The notes beneath the pieces were generated by a model. That model ran no database searches. It saw only the letters and a program-made list of their open reading frames with translations, and was not told the origin of the DNA. Below are positions 38,346 to 51,209 of a stretch of DNA of 64,000 nucleotides, piece by piece (the stretch's first letter is position 1; every line of letters begins with the position of its first letter). Source of the DNA: Phoronis australis (Eukaryota > Animalia > Phoronida); assembly GCA_002633005.1 (NCBI GenBank), contig NMRA01000931.1, forward strand, positions 1 through 64,000, read 5' to 3'. The translations under genes and the position numbers were made by a program.

Positions 38346-38913
38346 ACCTCCTCATAAAAGTCCTTGGAAGCGCCCTGTTTCACCTTCATGGATGGACAGA
38401 AGTCTTCTCAAGCGACCGCACGACGATGTCGTGCCTTTAGATTTAAGCCTAAAGAAACAAAGGTATGAACATATGAACGATGGCAAATGCCAAAGAGCAA
38501 CACGTTCCGACAGTTTTTCGTCAGAAGACGGGTCTTCGAGGACTGACGATGTGCGACTAGATTCGCCACACCAGTACACTGAGTTTAAAACAGCCGATAG
38601 ATGTCAGTCATTGTTGGTTTCGCCGCCGTCCCCAAATGATTGGTATCCGCTAAAAATACCATCTTTGCAAGGATTGAACATTATTGGGAAGGCAGCTACA
38701 AAACCCCACTCGTCTGCAAATGACAGTAACACGCAAATCAATGGGAATGAACTTGAAGTTATTAAAAAGCCTTTTGATAAGGGTGACAATGGGCCCAGTA
38801 GTACAGGAACGGAATGTTCGAGTGGAACTGTTAACTACGCAATGGACAATTGGACGATAGATGACGTGAAAAGATTTGTTTTGAAAATATGTGGCGATGA
38901 CCAGATCGTTCAG
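38346..38913 (+). CDS. SAMD11: SAMD11-like coding exon 3 (PLDLS motif, Ser/Pro-rich region, start of the SAM domain)
   Basis: Acceptor tttcag|A, phase 2. Contains VPLDLSLKKQR and ends NWTIDDVKRFVLKICGDDQIVQ|gtgaga (SAM helix 1, WTxDDV). Confidence 0.88.
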
Positions 38914-40330
38914 GTGAGAATAACGTGTTCGTATCGTTGGTGTTTTATTTATTTTGCTTCCACATTACGTCATACGTTAACAACCCCACTGTATCCGCCG
39001 ATAAATACGAGAGTCTAGATTGTGCAGCCTGGAAAAAGCAATTAACTTTGAAACCCAACGCTAGCATGTTATCTTACTTAGATCCGGTCAGATTATCTCC
39101 ACATGTAACCAGATGTGGTACTTCCCGGCGAAAAAAGGATGACATTATCTTGTAATATCGAACATCAAAAGCAATGCCAAGCGACCGTTTTTGATCTCTA
39201 TAACGTCAGCTTCCCTTTCTTGCAAATTGTCCCTTTGTCGAATTAATTTTGGGCGTATTTACGAAATGTGTCCGATTTCCACGACATGCCGTCTGGCAGT
39301 TTTAGACACGTGAGCTTATCTTGATGTTTCAAAACAAACCTCTTATACACTACATAATGTGATGTATGAGAAGTGTGTTCCAAAAAGGTTTAGATAAGCT
39401 CCCTTCGTTCTTGGTGATCTTTCTCTTGTACGAGACGGTCTCGCCACCTGGTGACTGAGAAGAGTTACTTCTCGTTACACGCACGCCCATGTTTCGCAGC
39501 ATTGGCTAGGAAGAAGTCCATGCCCTTTTGTTCATTGCCATACAGTTACTGTTAGAATTGTGGGATTAAATTGGTAGCAACCGCCAGGGATGAAAAACTG
39601 GTGTCGACCCGGGGAGCAGCAGGGAATTTCAAGCTACGAGGGAGCGCAAAAAGTTGGTCTTCGAGAGCGAGAAATAAGACTACCAAGGAAGTGCGGTAAA
39701 CGAAAGTGATATGGCACTACTTAGTGAGATAAGGATTTCATCGTTATCTTCTTGCACGGGTGACCATACTCCATATGTACTCCACACCTCCGCCCCCTTG
39801 AATAGTTCTGCCTACACACGTGCTGGACAAGAATGAGCGCCATTTCCCTGTTTCCGGTCATTTGCATTTACTCACAATACTCTTCCCAATTTTTGTATCT
39901 AAAGTTCGTTTTCATTTGGCGACCTAAGTTTTTTACACGACAGCGTGTCAAATGAACAACTCATTCGCCACTTAATTCTGTTAAAAGTCTTTCAAGGTTC
40001 TTTCTTCGGTTGATTTTGCAAAAGTAGGCCTATTTTATTGTCATAACTAAGCTCAAGCGTGCGCGCGAGTCTTAATTCTTTCTTGACGGTATTGATCAGA
40101 AATTTGCTGAAGGTCCGCAAACAAAAACACTGCCCCGTGAGCTGTAAGGAGGGCATACTTGCGCATGCCCAGAGTGAGCAAGTTTGGGTGTGGTAAATGA
40201 TCTACTACTGAGTAAACGGAACTAACGGATTTAGAATACGACGAACAGTTGTTACTCGAAATTCCCATTGCAGTTTGATGTTAATGCCACTTTTCAGGCC
40301 CATTGTTATTTCAAACATTTTCTTTTAAAG

Positions 40331-40519
40331 GAATTGAGCAAGCAGCATGTCGACGGGAAAAGTTTGCGTTTATTGACCGTTGACCACCTGGTTGGAGTGC
40401 TAGCGATGAAGCTTGGACCAGCCGTTCGTCTTTGTGCGGAAATCTCGAAACAGTGCGGCAAGTGCGAGATTTGCCATCACTGTTTACACTGCCATGGCGG
40501 AAGTGAAGAAAAGAGCTAA
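40331..40519 (+). CDS. SAMD11: SAMD11-like terminal exon (rest of the SAM domain plus Cys/His tail)
   Basis: Acceptor ttttcttttaaag|G, phase 0. Encodes ELSKQHVDGKSLRLLTVDHLVGVLAMKLGPAVRLCAEISKQCGKCEICHHCLHCHGGSEEKS*. The DGxxLxLL...MKLGPA signature is that of Polyhomeotic/Scm/SAMD7/11-type SAM domains. Confidence 0.9.
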   Translation, partial: ELSKQHVDGKSLRLLTVDHLVGVLAMKLGPAVRLCAEISKQCGKCEICHHCLHCHGGSEEKS

Positions 40520-41046
40520 GGAATTACCCATCGTGGAATGCGTCCCTCAACGTACGCTTTCATTACGGAGCCTACGTGTATATTTTTGGTATGGGACAGC
40601 GCAGGCTGTGGAACAGTATCTATCATGTTTCACTTTTGTAATATTACAGGGGTTCAGTTTAGCATTTCCGACTGAACACTAACTCGTCAACTGCGACTGA
40701 CAAAATCTTGTTCGTACGGCAGAAATCACAACAGAGTCACGCCGCATCGTGTTTTACCTCCCTAGATGTTTATTACCCGCGTATTTGCATATAGGGATGC
40801 TGTGCCCATGTATTACAGTTATGTTACATTGGACTTGGACCTGTTTTTGTGTCTCTTGTTACCTGTTTATTTAATTAAGGAATGTGAGGTTGTTTGAATA
40901 TTTATGTTGTTTTCGTTTTGGCGTATTTTTCACTTCTGGAACCAGGGTCTAATTTCCGGACTCAATTCTGGCTGGTGTTGAAATGTAATCAGTCACGCTG
41001 CACGATTCGAGTGCATGCCATCGTTCAGTTTTCGAGTCGACCTTCG

Positions 41047-41052
41047 AATAAA
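41047..41052 (+). terminator. Candidate polyadenylation signal of the SAMD11-like gene
   Basis: AATAAA about 530 bp after the stop codon. Confidence 0.35.
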
Positions 41053-44000
41053 AAGATTACACCCTGGCCCTGGTGTCGATAAGGGCTGTTCAATTGTACG
41101 TAAAAACGAAAATCAATCATTAATATGCATGACTTGTTTATAGCTTGTGAATTGACATTGCTATTGCGCGTTAATATCGTCTATCATTTGTTATGCTCTA
41201 GCATAACCATATTCTTGAACATTCTTCATTTAAAAAGTCACGTTAAACTTTGATGTACACGTATTTCAAGTGAAGTGACCTTGTCGTATTCTACATCGAC
41301 TAAAATTTGTTCTGTGACAAACCGTTTCTCACCGGTGCCGCAGAACTCTCACCACGATGAGGAACCCTTGCCACCCTCTACTATCACTCAGCTACCACGT
41401 CGGTTTACGTATTTCGGTCTCACACAAGCCCTTTTTAGAGACAAATAGCTTATGGCGGTGTTTTGGTATGTCGGTATACAACGGCCACTGCCCTGTAGTT
41501 TCTGAACTTCGGTCACTTTCACATGGTAAAGTGCTCGAGTCAGTGGCTTGAAATCAGGCTCTGTGGCAAGGGATTCTTGTACGTAGTGAGATATGTTGTC
41601 TGTGGTAAAGGTGTGGTCGTGGTAACCGTTTGATTGCCTGGCCTGCCTAATGCAGTTAACAATGTCATTTGTCTGGAGTACAGACACCTTGGTGAACACA
41701 ACGTTCAAACGTATCCGCATGTGTTGAAGCTGAAAGAAAACCACCTTTTGCAAAACGTTAAGGATTTTGAGTTAGATCACTTACTGGCTTATAAAACTGT
41801 TCTCGCCGTGTTCCTTTTAGTATGTGATTTTGGGGCATGGAAATAACCCAGAGATATAGCAGTTGGTTCAAACGACACTAGAAAGAGTTTTTGGCTGGAC
41901 CTGGCTGGTTGTGTAGTGCACCAAATCTAGACCCAAGCAACTGGCGGCCAGCTCTTTAAACTCAAGACGTCACGTCTACATTAACTTGGGAAAACGTCGG
42001 ACATCTGTTGTATGGACGTTTTATATCGAAGTTTTGTTGATTTTGTGTCATATCGGGTGAAGTCCAACGTGCGACTTTCCACAGTACATTGTCAGAGGCG
42101 AGAAGCAATATACTTCCTAAGTGTTGCTCGATAGGTGGCTCTTGTTGAACCCGCGCATATGATGGTCTGCCAGGCGGGATTTGGTTAAGATTAGTTATTT
42201 GTGTAGAACCTGTGTGAAAATATCTGGTAAATAAAAGTCTTAAAACAAAAGCTTTGTTTTAGGATCTTGATGAACCTTGTATGTGCTTTAAAAATGAATT
42301 AAAACATGATTTCAAACACGGAAATGCAACGGTACCTATATCAGTTGTAATCAGGAAACGACGCAAAACGATAATGGAATTTCTCACACAAAATTCGTGT
42401 GGGTGACATTATTGGCGCCAAGTTAGTTATGTGACGAAATCTAAATCAAAACAGTTCCTTAAGAAAACATAACAAAACTTTCAAACTTCGCACAATAAAC
42501 TCAGTGTCACTCGTTGGCATAAGGTAGACTAAGCAAGGCGAGACTCTTCAGAATTTAGCTGGCGATGTCTCGGGAAAGGTTAGTCCGTAAGAATGTACTA
42601 AGACGGTGCAAATGCCATTCAGTCCTAGAAACTACTAAGAAAAATCAAGACCTTCACTCTTTTCACGGATTGATTTAGTTTTCATCTAGACATTCGAATT
42701 CTCGCACGGAAATTCCATATAAGCCTTGTCGTAGATATTGTGATAGAGAAACAGAATTCAGAAGTAATGAGCAAAAATGTTCAGTGACGACAATTAGTAT
42801 TCAGTTTTTCTATCAACAATGTTTGATAATACGAAATCTGGCGTCTCATTGCATTGCTGTGTCTCGGACGCGAAGTCTCACAACTGGCGTTATCACCCGT
42901 TTTTACTTATTTTGGTCAACTTGGAATTTCATGCGTCATATCAGGAGGGCGTTACCAGTAAAGGAAAACTCGATAGAGTTTTCGCGCACTTTAACGGGCT
43001 TTCAAATGTAAATCAAAAACGACATGTTCTAGAGCTTGGCAATGCAAGCATCGTTAAGTTGAAATCTTTGCCTAAAAATGCACCGTCTTGTCCCTGAAGA
43101 TCAGACGAGTAGCACTGACGTGCTTTGAATATAACTTGTTTTACCCTTACAAAATCCAGCTCTTCACAGGTGAAATTCCGACAAGCGTTTTGAATTCGGT
43201 GACTTCATAAATTACGGCCCTCTGGTTGGTCATCTCTTCATCATGCCCACTCTAGACTATATTAACTACATAGTACAGGTGTGACATAAAAGTGACATTT
43301 TGCCAATAAATAGCATCTTTTAGTTTCAGGACAACCATGGATACTTGCTCGTTTATAGCATTACCATTACATTGGGCCGGACAATATGACGAGCTTTCGG
43401 AAACGCCGGTATAACCTGATATGCGACCGAAACTGTATTTGACTAGAGCGCCATCTATCTATACCTCTACAATATACCCAAGTAGCGTTCCGTAAACCAA
43501 GTTTCTTATGAAAAAAGCAATATCTTTCAATACCCCGCCAAATCACGCTAGCTTGTTTCACGAAAATGCTCATGAGCTTAATAACTAGTCTGTCCTAGTA
43601 AAATGCTGGTCAATGAAGAAGCAGGTTGGTGAGCTTGGAATTCTGATTTGTTGAATGAAAATTCATGAATTACTGGGATAAAATCTGTTGCACTCGTTAC
43701 ATAAGCGAAGATTTTTCGCGCAAATGCAAGCTATGTCTTGGGTCTGCGAAACTCAACGCAAGACGCGTATGGGAATTTCCGCTTTCTAAAAGCATAATAA
43801 CGTTGTTATGGGAAACACATTACGAAGAAACGGGTCGCGTTCTGTGGCCAAAGATCTACTCTTTCTCATGGCAAAGGTTGACATATTTCTCAATAATACT
43901 GAACCGCAAGTTCCTTCGAAAAAATATTAAAAAATCGTTGTTTATAGGCACTTGACCCTTCCTTTGTCTTCCTTGTCATACCCAATATACAGTATGCGAC

Positions 44001-46932
44001 ATAAGAAAATACACGCGAAGTGTTCTCTTGTGTTTTCCTAACATGTACATGTATAAGAAGACCAGCGACTCTCAGTTGATAGAGGACAGTGACGTGCGAG
44101 TGTGGCCAAGAGACTGACTAAAATCAAAACTTAAGTTGTTTTCATTTGGATAGCTGAGGGGAGCACTCCACGATATTTGTAACCCACGAATTAATTTACG
44201 TCTCTAGTTTTGTTAGAAAGTGGTCGGCGACAGCTGGGCATTTTTTTAATTACACTGCGTGATGAGACCACTCACAAATTACATTTGCTCAAGTTTATCT
44301 TTGAGCCAGATCAGAATGAAAGGACACAAGTTGTTTGTCTTCTTTGTATGCATTTCACTCCTCAATCGTGCCTCATTGGCTAGAGTGCCAAACAAGTGAT
44401 CGGATGTTGAAATCCAGCAGGAAAATCCAATAACTCTCTGACACTTCGAATTGTCTAAATTCTTCACCATCCAAGCTTTATATTCCAGATATTTTTGACA
44501 GTTCGAATGCACTGGCAAGGTGGTTTTGTAGTGAACTTTTGCTCATTTTACGTATCTGCCTCCAATCACGAAGTAGTAGTAAAATGGAAAACGAAATTTC
44601 TCTTTGAAATCTCTTTTATTAGACTTGTGTTTTTAGGGTGTTCGGGCCCATCATATTCTTAATAATTTTTAGCTTTTGCAAACCTTGTGGAAATGAAAGG
44701 TAGGGGCCGAGAAGACATGTTTTTTTTTCAGCCGCAAACCATCAAAAACTGACGAGTGCCACTGAGCCGTGACCCGGCATTGAAGATGAACGCTCCGCTG
44801 TTACTGACGCGAGAGCCTGAGAAAAACTTGCGCACCAGTTCTGGGGGGCGCGTACGTGTACACGTATCTCACTCACACTCAGAAGAAGCCTGACGCGCGA
44901 AATCAATGCGAAAACCTGTGGAGAACTGTGGGTAGTCACGTCGAAGGAGAATGGCAAGCGTAGTATATCTGCATCCGTGATGTAATATGGTGGCCCCGAG
45001 AACGCAAATCAGGTGAGCACTGGTCACGATATTTACAAAAACATCCAATGCTCATGAACCTGCAGGCATCATGTACGAGTATAAAATCCACTCTGTAATA
45101 AAACAGGATATTTCGAAAATAAATGCAACCGCTAACCCACATTCAGAGAGGTTCCGTCTGAACATACTTCCAGGAAACTTGTACCAAAGAAAGTGAACAC
45201 TTTATTTTACTTTATTTCAAAACCCCTTTGATCCAGTTGATCGGATGAATTTTAGACAACAGATTCGCAAATCTAGGCCTAGAAAAGCATTTCAGCATTG
45301 AAAAGTCGTTCAGCTTTTTCCTTTAGCAGAATTCTTGGTATCGTGAGTAATTTTGGCAATGATTCAGGAAGTAGAAGTGTCACAGTACATACCGGAAGTA
45401 AACCAGGATAACTTGAATGACGACGCGCAAGATCACAGATCTCATGCAATGGGAATACACATAGACGGTGGTTAATCTGTGGTCAAATGTTCCCCTTGTC
45501 CGTAACACGTCAACTGATCTGTACTTTTTGTGTTCAGTTTTGGATCTCCGTACTCATCTCAGTGAACATAGTAATAGGTAACCAGTAGACTTCCTATATA
45601 AAAGCTCGCCATAGACATCATTCGTTTGAAAAACGGAACATCTCTCAAACCTTCCGGGTAACGTTAACACAGATATTGCCAATCCCGCGGCGTCAGTTGC
45701 TTGTGCACAGGGTGCCCTAAAAATGTTCACGAAAACTATTCCAAAATTGGAGATCTTAAAGTTTGGTTTCAATAGTGCTTACAAATTAGAAAAGCTGTCA
45801 CAGTTGACTCTGACTTTAGAGAACAAAAACTTCTGAGTTTTCTCAGTTGGCGTCAAACACTCATTGCCGTCACTACAGCAAGGATATTGAAGAAATTTAA
45901 TGAATCTGATACCCCAAGGGGGATAACGGTTAAAGAATCGTTTCTACATTTTCAGCAATCTAGATCTGATTCGAACGTAGCACGCCATAGTTCAAGCTCA
46001 TTTGTTGCACTCGTGCTGCCTTGTCTTACGCGAAGGCTGTAACTAACACTTTTTCAGAGTCTATTGAGGAAACTCGTTCGCCATTTCAATTGTGGCATGA
46101 TGTATCCTAACTGTCGTGTTATGCCAGCGAAACTTTGGCAATATTGGAATACAAAAACACCGTTAAAGTAGATTTATTCCGGCTTGTAAACATGCAACTG
46201 GCCTTTACAGAAATATAAAAGACACACACGATGATTCAGTGTTAGTCCCCACCTGATGTATTTGAATTCAGAAGCAGGAAAATTTATTTTGTGCTTTCAG
46301 TAAAACAGCAGTAATTACGCCAGCACCTTTTACTTCAAACAATAACGAAGACATTGTCTTCTGCTTTCGAATCACGAATGATAGCAACCTGACAACCACG
46401 CCTGTGAATATGGTTAAACTCTACATTTGGATATTAATTGTTTAGTTTCTTGAAAAAATACTCAAATTTATCACAAGAATCTTCAAGAACTGGTATTTAA
46501 GTATTCAGAGATTCAAATTTTTGAAGGTATCTTTTGCCGCTCTTGTCGAGCGGTGAACATCGTCTGCGACCAACTCACGATCATCGCGCAGTGGGAACTC
46601 AAATGGCTATACCGCCTCAACGCCATCTTGAGGCTGGGGGACGAGGCTGCGCCCCAGGCTGCTAATGTTATTGTTCTCTAGATAATTAGACCCACCAAAA
46701 CACAATGGGGGCGACAATAAAGTTTTTAAGTTTTCGTTTTGAAAGATTTTAAATTGCATGTTTAAACATTTCGTGAAAAGTACACGGGATTGGGTTTTTG
46801 ATTTTGAAAATCCGACAAGAAATGTGGCTTTTACAATCTAACAAAAACGTTTGCATAATGTGCCCATATTATGCTCCTAATTAATCCTGCTGGGTGTGTA
46901 ACACCATTGAGCGGGCATCAGTTGGATTTTGA

Positions 46933-47098
46933 CAGAGGCCGCCGGATTAAGAGGGGGGCCGAGGAGACAATGCCTCCCTAAAATTCTCCCAGATTCCATT
47001 TGGCATTTCGGGGGTGCGAATGTCTGTCCGGAAACTCCTGGCTAATACTCTGCCCTGCGCCCCCCTCCCACTATCTCAAAATCCTGGATCCGCCCCTG
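46933..47098. mobile_element. Decayed MITE with CAG..GCGGAT / ATCCGCCCCTG termini (hAT-like); second copy at ~50712-50877
   Basis: cagaggccgccggattaagagggggg ... cccccctcccactatctcaaaatcctggatccgcccctg. No clear 8-bp TSD. Confidence 0.45.
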
Positions 47099-47422
47099 TT
47101 TGGGTAAGATGGATGGTTTCGATGTACAGTAACAGAAATAGGAGCTGTCATTACGAGACCAATTTTATAAGAGCAATAGGCTTAATTCAGTTCTTGTGTT
47201 TTTAACCAGCTTAATTAAGCGAAATTTACCTTTAAATTAACGTTAGCGACCACATTAATTTTCACGTCGCCTGATCAGTTTATCTTTGGGTGCCCCAGCT
47301 TAGATTTCGTTAGGTGATCCGAAACTAGGTCATCTATTGGAGCAGGAAACATAAATACACTATTCGACATCGCTGAAAACATTACCAGCCACAATAACTG
47401 AGCAGCGAACAGACGTATCATT

Positions 47423-47435
47423 ATGGACTACCAAG
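47423..47435 (+). CDS. AIF1: AIF1-like coding exon 1 (MDYQ+G), copy A
   Basis: attATGGACTACCAAG|gtaaat. The phase-1 donor joins 60722 to give MDYQGGKAYG. Preceded by ATTGG (47336) and a TATA-like CATAAATA (47350). Duplicate of 51210-51222. Confidence 0.6.
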
Positions 47436-50400
47436 GTAAATTTTATTTAACGTAGTACATTTCGAGATATGCATTCCATTCATTAGCGGCGCTGCTTTCC
47501 CTAGTGAAACGGTGCCCGTCGACTATCTATAGATTGCACGCAGTCCAATTTTTTTTTGACAGGCATGACCAATTTTGACATTTTTCTCAATTGTGTCTTC
47601 AAAATTGCAAATTTGTAATAAAATCAAGGTTTTGTATTGCTGCCAGTGTAGAAATATGCAATAGGATTTCAAACGCTAGTTTTCGTGATATCCGGTTTCA
47701 TTTGATGATTTGCTTTTATAGCTCAAGTGCATGACTGAGACAGGTGGCCGGAGTCCGACCCACGAATTAAGGTGTGCCTCGTAGGCTGTGTCAGTCCGCG
47801 TGTTTCCGCACTATCACTGACAGTATACTGTATCTCAACTCAGTGGAAACTGTGCTTTAGAGTTCAGAAACCGTGTGATTCCAAAATAGACCAACTCCAA
47901 TAGACCAATGCCAATTTAGATCGTAATTAAGCTGTTCAGTTAGAAATTAGGAATTAAAAGTTTTCGTTGTTTGAGGCTAGGCTCCAAGATTGGTTCTTTA
48001 CAGGTTTAGGACCATTACAAAATGGTTTCAACTTGTTCATCGGTGCTTATATTGACTTCCGAACTCAGTCTGTTGATTAATTGTTTTACACAATCCTGGG
48101 CACCTTTTCGAAGAGTCAATAAATAACATGAGCACAAAAGCTTGTTTTCCTGGTTCTTTTGATTGTTTTGGCCTTCAGTCGGCTCCCGAACCGTGACTCA
48201 AGCTGCCGTGTCGGATTTATGTCTTTTTGGCTTCCAGTTGGAGACAGATTTTCTGACTTTTAAAGCCTTAACGTGATTTTATGAAACAGGCACCGGCCAC
48301 AGAAGTCGAGAAACAGTCCATTGGGCACATCATGGCCAGCTGTGTTAAGCTAATTTATTCAGTTTAACTTGACGACCATTAGCGGTCTGTCAATTTTTCC
48401 CAACCGAAGAAACTATCTCGTTCGGTAAAAACAAATTCGAGACACACTTTGAACGGGACGTTGCCTGAATGAGTACAGTTTTGACTGATCAAAAAATGAA
48501 CCGTCAACCCTCTTGCAGTAGGTCAAGCCGGCTACGTCCGAACTTGAAACTGGAATGAATGAAGCTAGCGGTGACGAAGCTTCCCATTCTTCGACCATGA
48601 GTTATTGGTAATCTAAGTTGTAGTATTAATGAAAAAGAAACAAAAACAATGGGTTTCAGCCAAAAAGGATTATCAAAGATGACGCTGCTTGATGTACAGG
48701 CTTTAAACTNNNNNNNNNNNNNNNNNNNNNNNNNNNNNNNNNNNNNNNNNNNNNNNNNNNNNNNNNNNNNNNNNNNNNNNNNNNNNNNNNNNNNNNNNNN
48801 NNNNNNNNNNNNNNNNNNNNNNNNNNNNNNNNNNNNNNNNNNNNNNNNNNNNNNNNNNNNNNNNNNNNNNNNNNNNNNNNNNNNNNNNNNNNNNNNNNNN
48901 NNNNNNNNNNNNNNNNNNNNNNNNNNNNNNNNNNNNNNNNNNNNNNNNNNNNNNNNNCCGCCCTGGTTGCGCCTGCTAGTCAGCAATTCGCACCCGAACT
49001 CAAAATGGGATCTGATACAATTTTAGGCCCCCACCCCCTAAATCCGTAGTCATGAAAACACAGCCTGGCTGGCCCATTCTCCGGTTGTTACTATGATGCT
49101 TAGGAACAACTGACCGACATGCGACAAAATATGATCTAACTTTTCGAAAACATTTATAAATTTTACACGGACATATTTTGCTTCGTCGCGGCAACGACCC
49201 AACGCTTCCGAATCTCAACGTCTGTAGAGATTGTGAACCAGACAGTTGCATGTCCGTATTTTTTCTTGCCGTTCGCGGAACAACACGGTCTGAAGCACAG
49301 AACTATGACGATAAGCTAACAGAGCATCGTAGCGAGCCTCGTTTTGGAATGCGCCTCCTGTCGGCGTGAATAGGGTCTATAAAGGCTCGCTTTAGACATC
49401 ATTCGTGTGAAAAACGGAACATCTCTCAAACCTTCCGGGTAACGTTAACACAGATATTGCCAATCCCGCGGCGTTAGTTGCTTGTGCACAGGGTGCCCTA
49501 AAAATGTTCACGAAAACTATTCCAAAATTGGAGATCTCGAAGTTTGTTTTCAATAGTGCTTACAAATTAGAAAAGCTGTCACAGTTGACTCTGACTTTAG
49601 AGAACAAAAACTTCCGAGTTTTCTCAGTTTGCGTCAAACACTCATTACCGTCACTACAGCACGGATATTGAAGAAATTTAATGAATCTGATACCCCAGGG
49701 GGGATAACAGTTAAAGAATCGTTTCTACATTTTCAGCAATCTGATTCGAACGTAGCACGCCATAGTTCAAGCTCAGAAGTGTCACTCGTGCTGCCTTGTC
49801 TTACGCGAAGGCTGTAACTAAAACTTCAGTTTTCAGAGTCTATTGAAGAAAATCGTTCGCCATTTCAAATGTGGCATGATGTATCCTAACTGCCGTGTTA
49901 TGCCAGCGAATCTTTGGCAATATTGGAATACGAAAACACCGTTAAAGTAGATTTATTCCGGCTTGTAAACATGCCACTGGCCTTTACAGAAATAAAAAAG
50001 ACACACACGGTGATTCAGTGTTAGTCCCCACCTGATGTATTTGAATTCAGAAGCAGGAAAATTTATTTTGCGCTTTCAGTAAAACAACAGTAATTACGCC
50101 AGCACCTTTTACTTCAAACGATAACGAAGACATTGTCTTCTGCTTTCGAATCACGAATGATAGCAACCTGACAACCACGCCTGTGAATATGGTTAAACTC
50201 TACATTTGGATATTAATTCTTTAGTTTCTTGAAAAAATACTCAAATTTATCACAAGAATCTTCAAGAACTGGTATTTAAGTATTCAGAGATTCAAATTTT
50301 TGAAGGTATATTTTGTCGCTCTTGTCGAGCGGTGAACATCGCCTGCGACCAACTCACGATCATCGCGCAGTGGGAACTCAAATGGCTATACCGCCTCAAC

Positions 50401-51209
50401 GCCATCTTGAGGCTGGGGGACGAGGCTGCGCCCCAGGCTGCTAATGTTATTGTTCTCTAGATAATTAGACCCTCCAAAACACAATGGGGGCGACAATAAA
50501 GTTTTTAAGTTTTCGCTTTGAAAGATTTTAAATTGCATGTTTAAGCATTTCGTGAAAAGTACACGGGATTGGGTTTTTGATTTTGAAAATCCGACAAGAA
50601 ATGTGGCTTTTACAATCTAACAAAAATGCTTGCATAATGTGCCCATATTATGCTCCTATTCAATTCTGCTGGGTGTGTAACACCACTGAGCGGGCATCAG
50701 TTGGATTTTGACAGAGAGGCCGGATTAAGAGGAGGGGCCGAGGGGACGATGCCTCCCTAAAATTCTCCCAGATTCCATTTGGCAGTTCGGGAGTGCGAAT
50801 GTCTGTCCGGAAAATCCTGGTTAATACTCTGCCCTGCGTCCCCCTCCCACTATCTCAAAATCCTGGATCCGCTCTTGTTTGGGTAAGACAATTGTATGGA
50901 TGGTTTCGATGTACAGTAACAGAAATAGGAGCTGTCATTACGAGACCAATTTTATAAGAGCAATAGGATTCATTCAGTTCTTGTGTTTTTAGCCAGCTTA
51001 ATTAAGCGAAATTTACCTTTAAATTAACGTTAGCGACCACATTAATTTTCACGTCGCCTGATCAGTTTATCTTTGGGTGCCCCAGCTTAGATTTCGTTAG
51101 GTGATCCGAAACTAGGTCATCTATTGGAGCAGGAAACATAAATACACTATTCAACATCGCTGAAAACATTACCAGCCACAATAACTGAGCAGCGAACAGA
51201 CGTATCATT

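Noticed and set aside
44316-44399. Short signal-peptide-like ORF MKGHKLFVFFVCISLLNRASLARVPNK*
   Set aside because: It stops after 27 codons, has only a weak donor, and no downstream exon was found.
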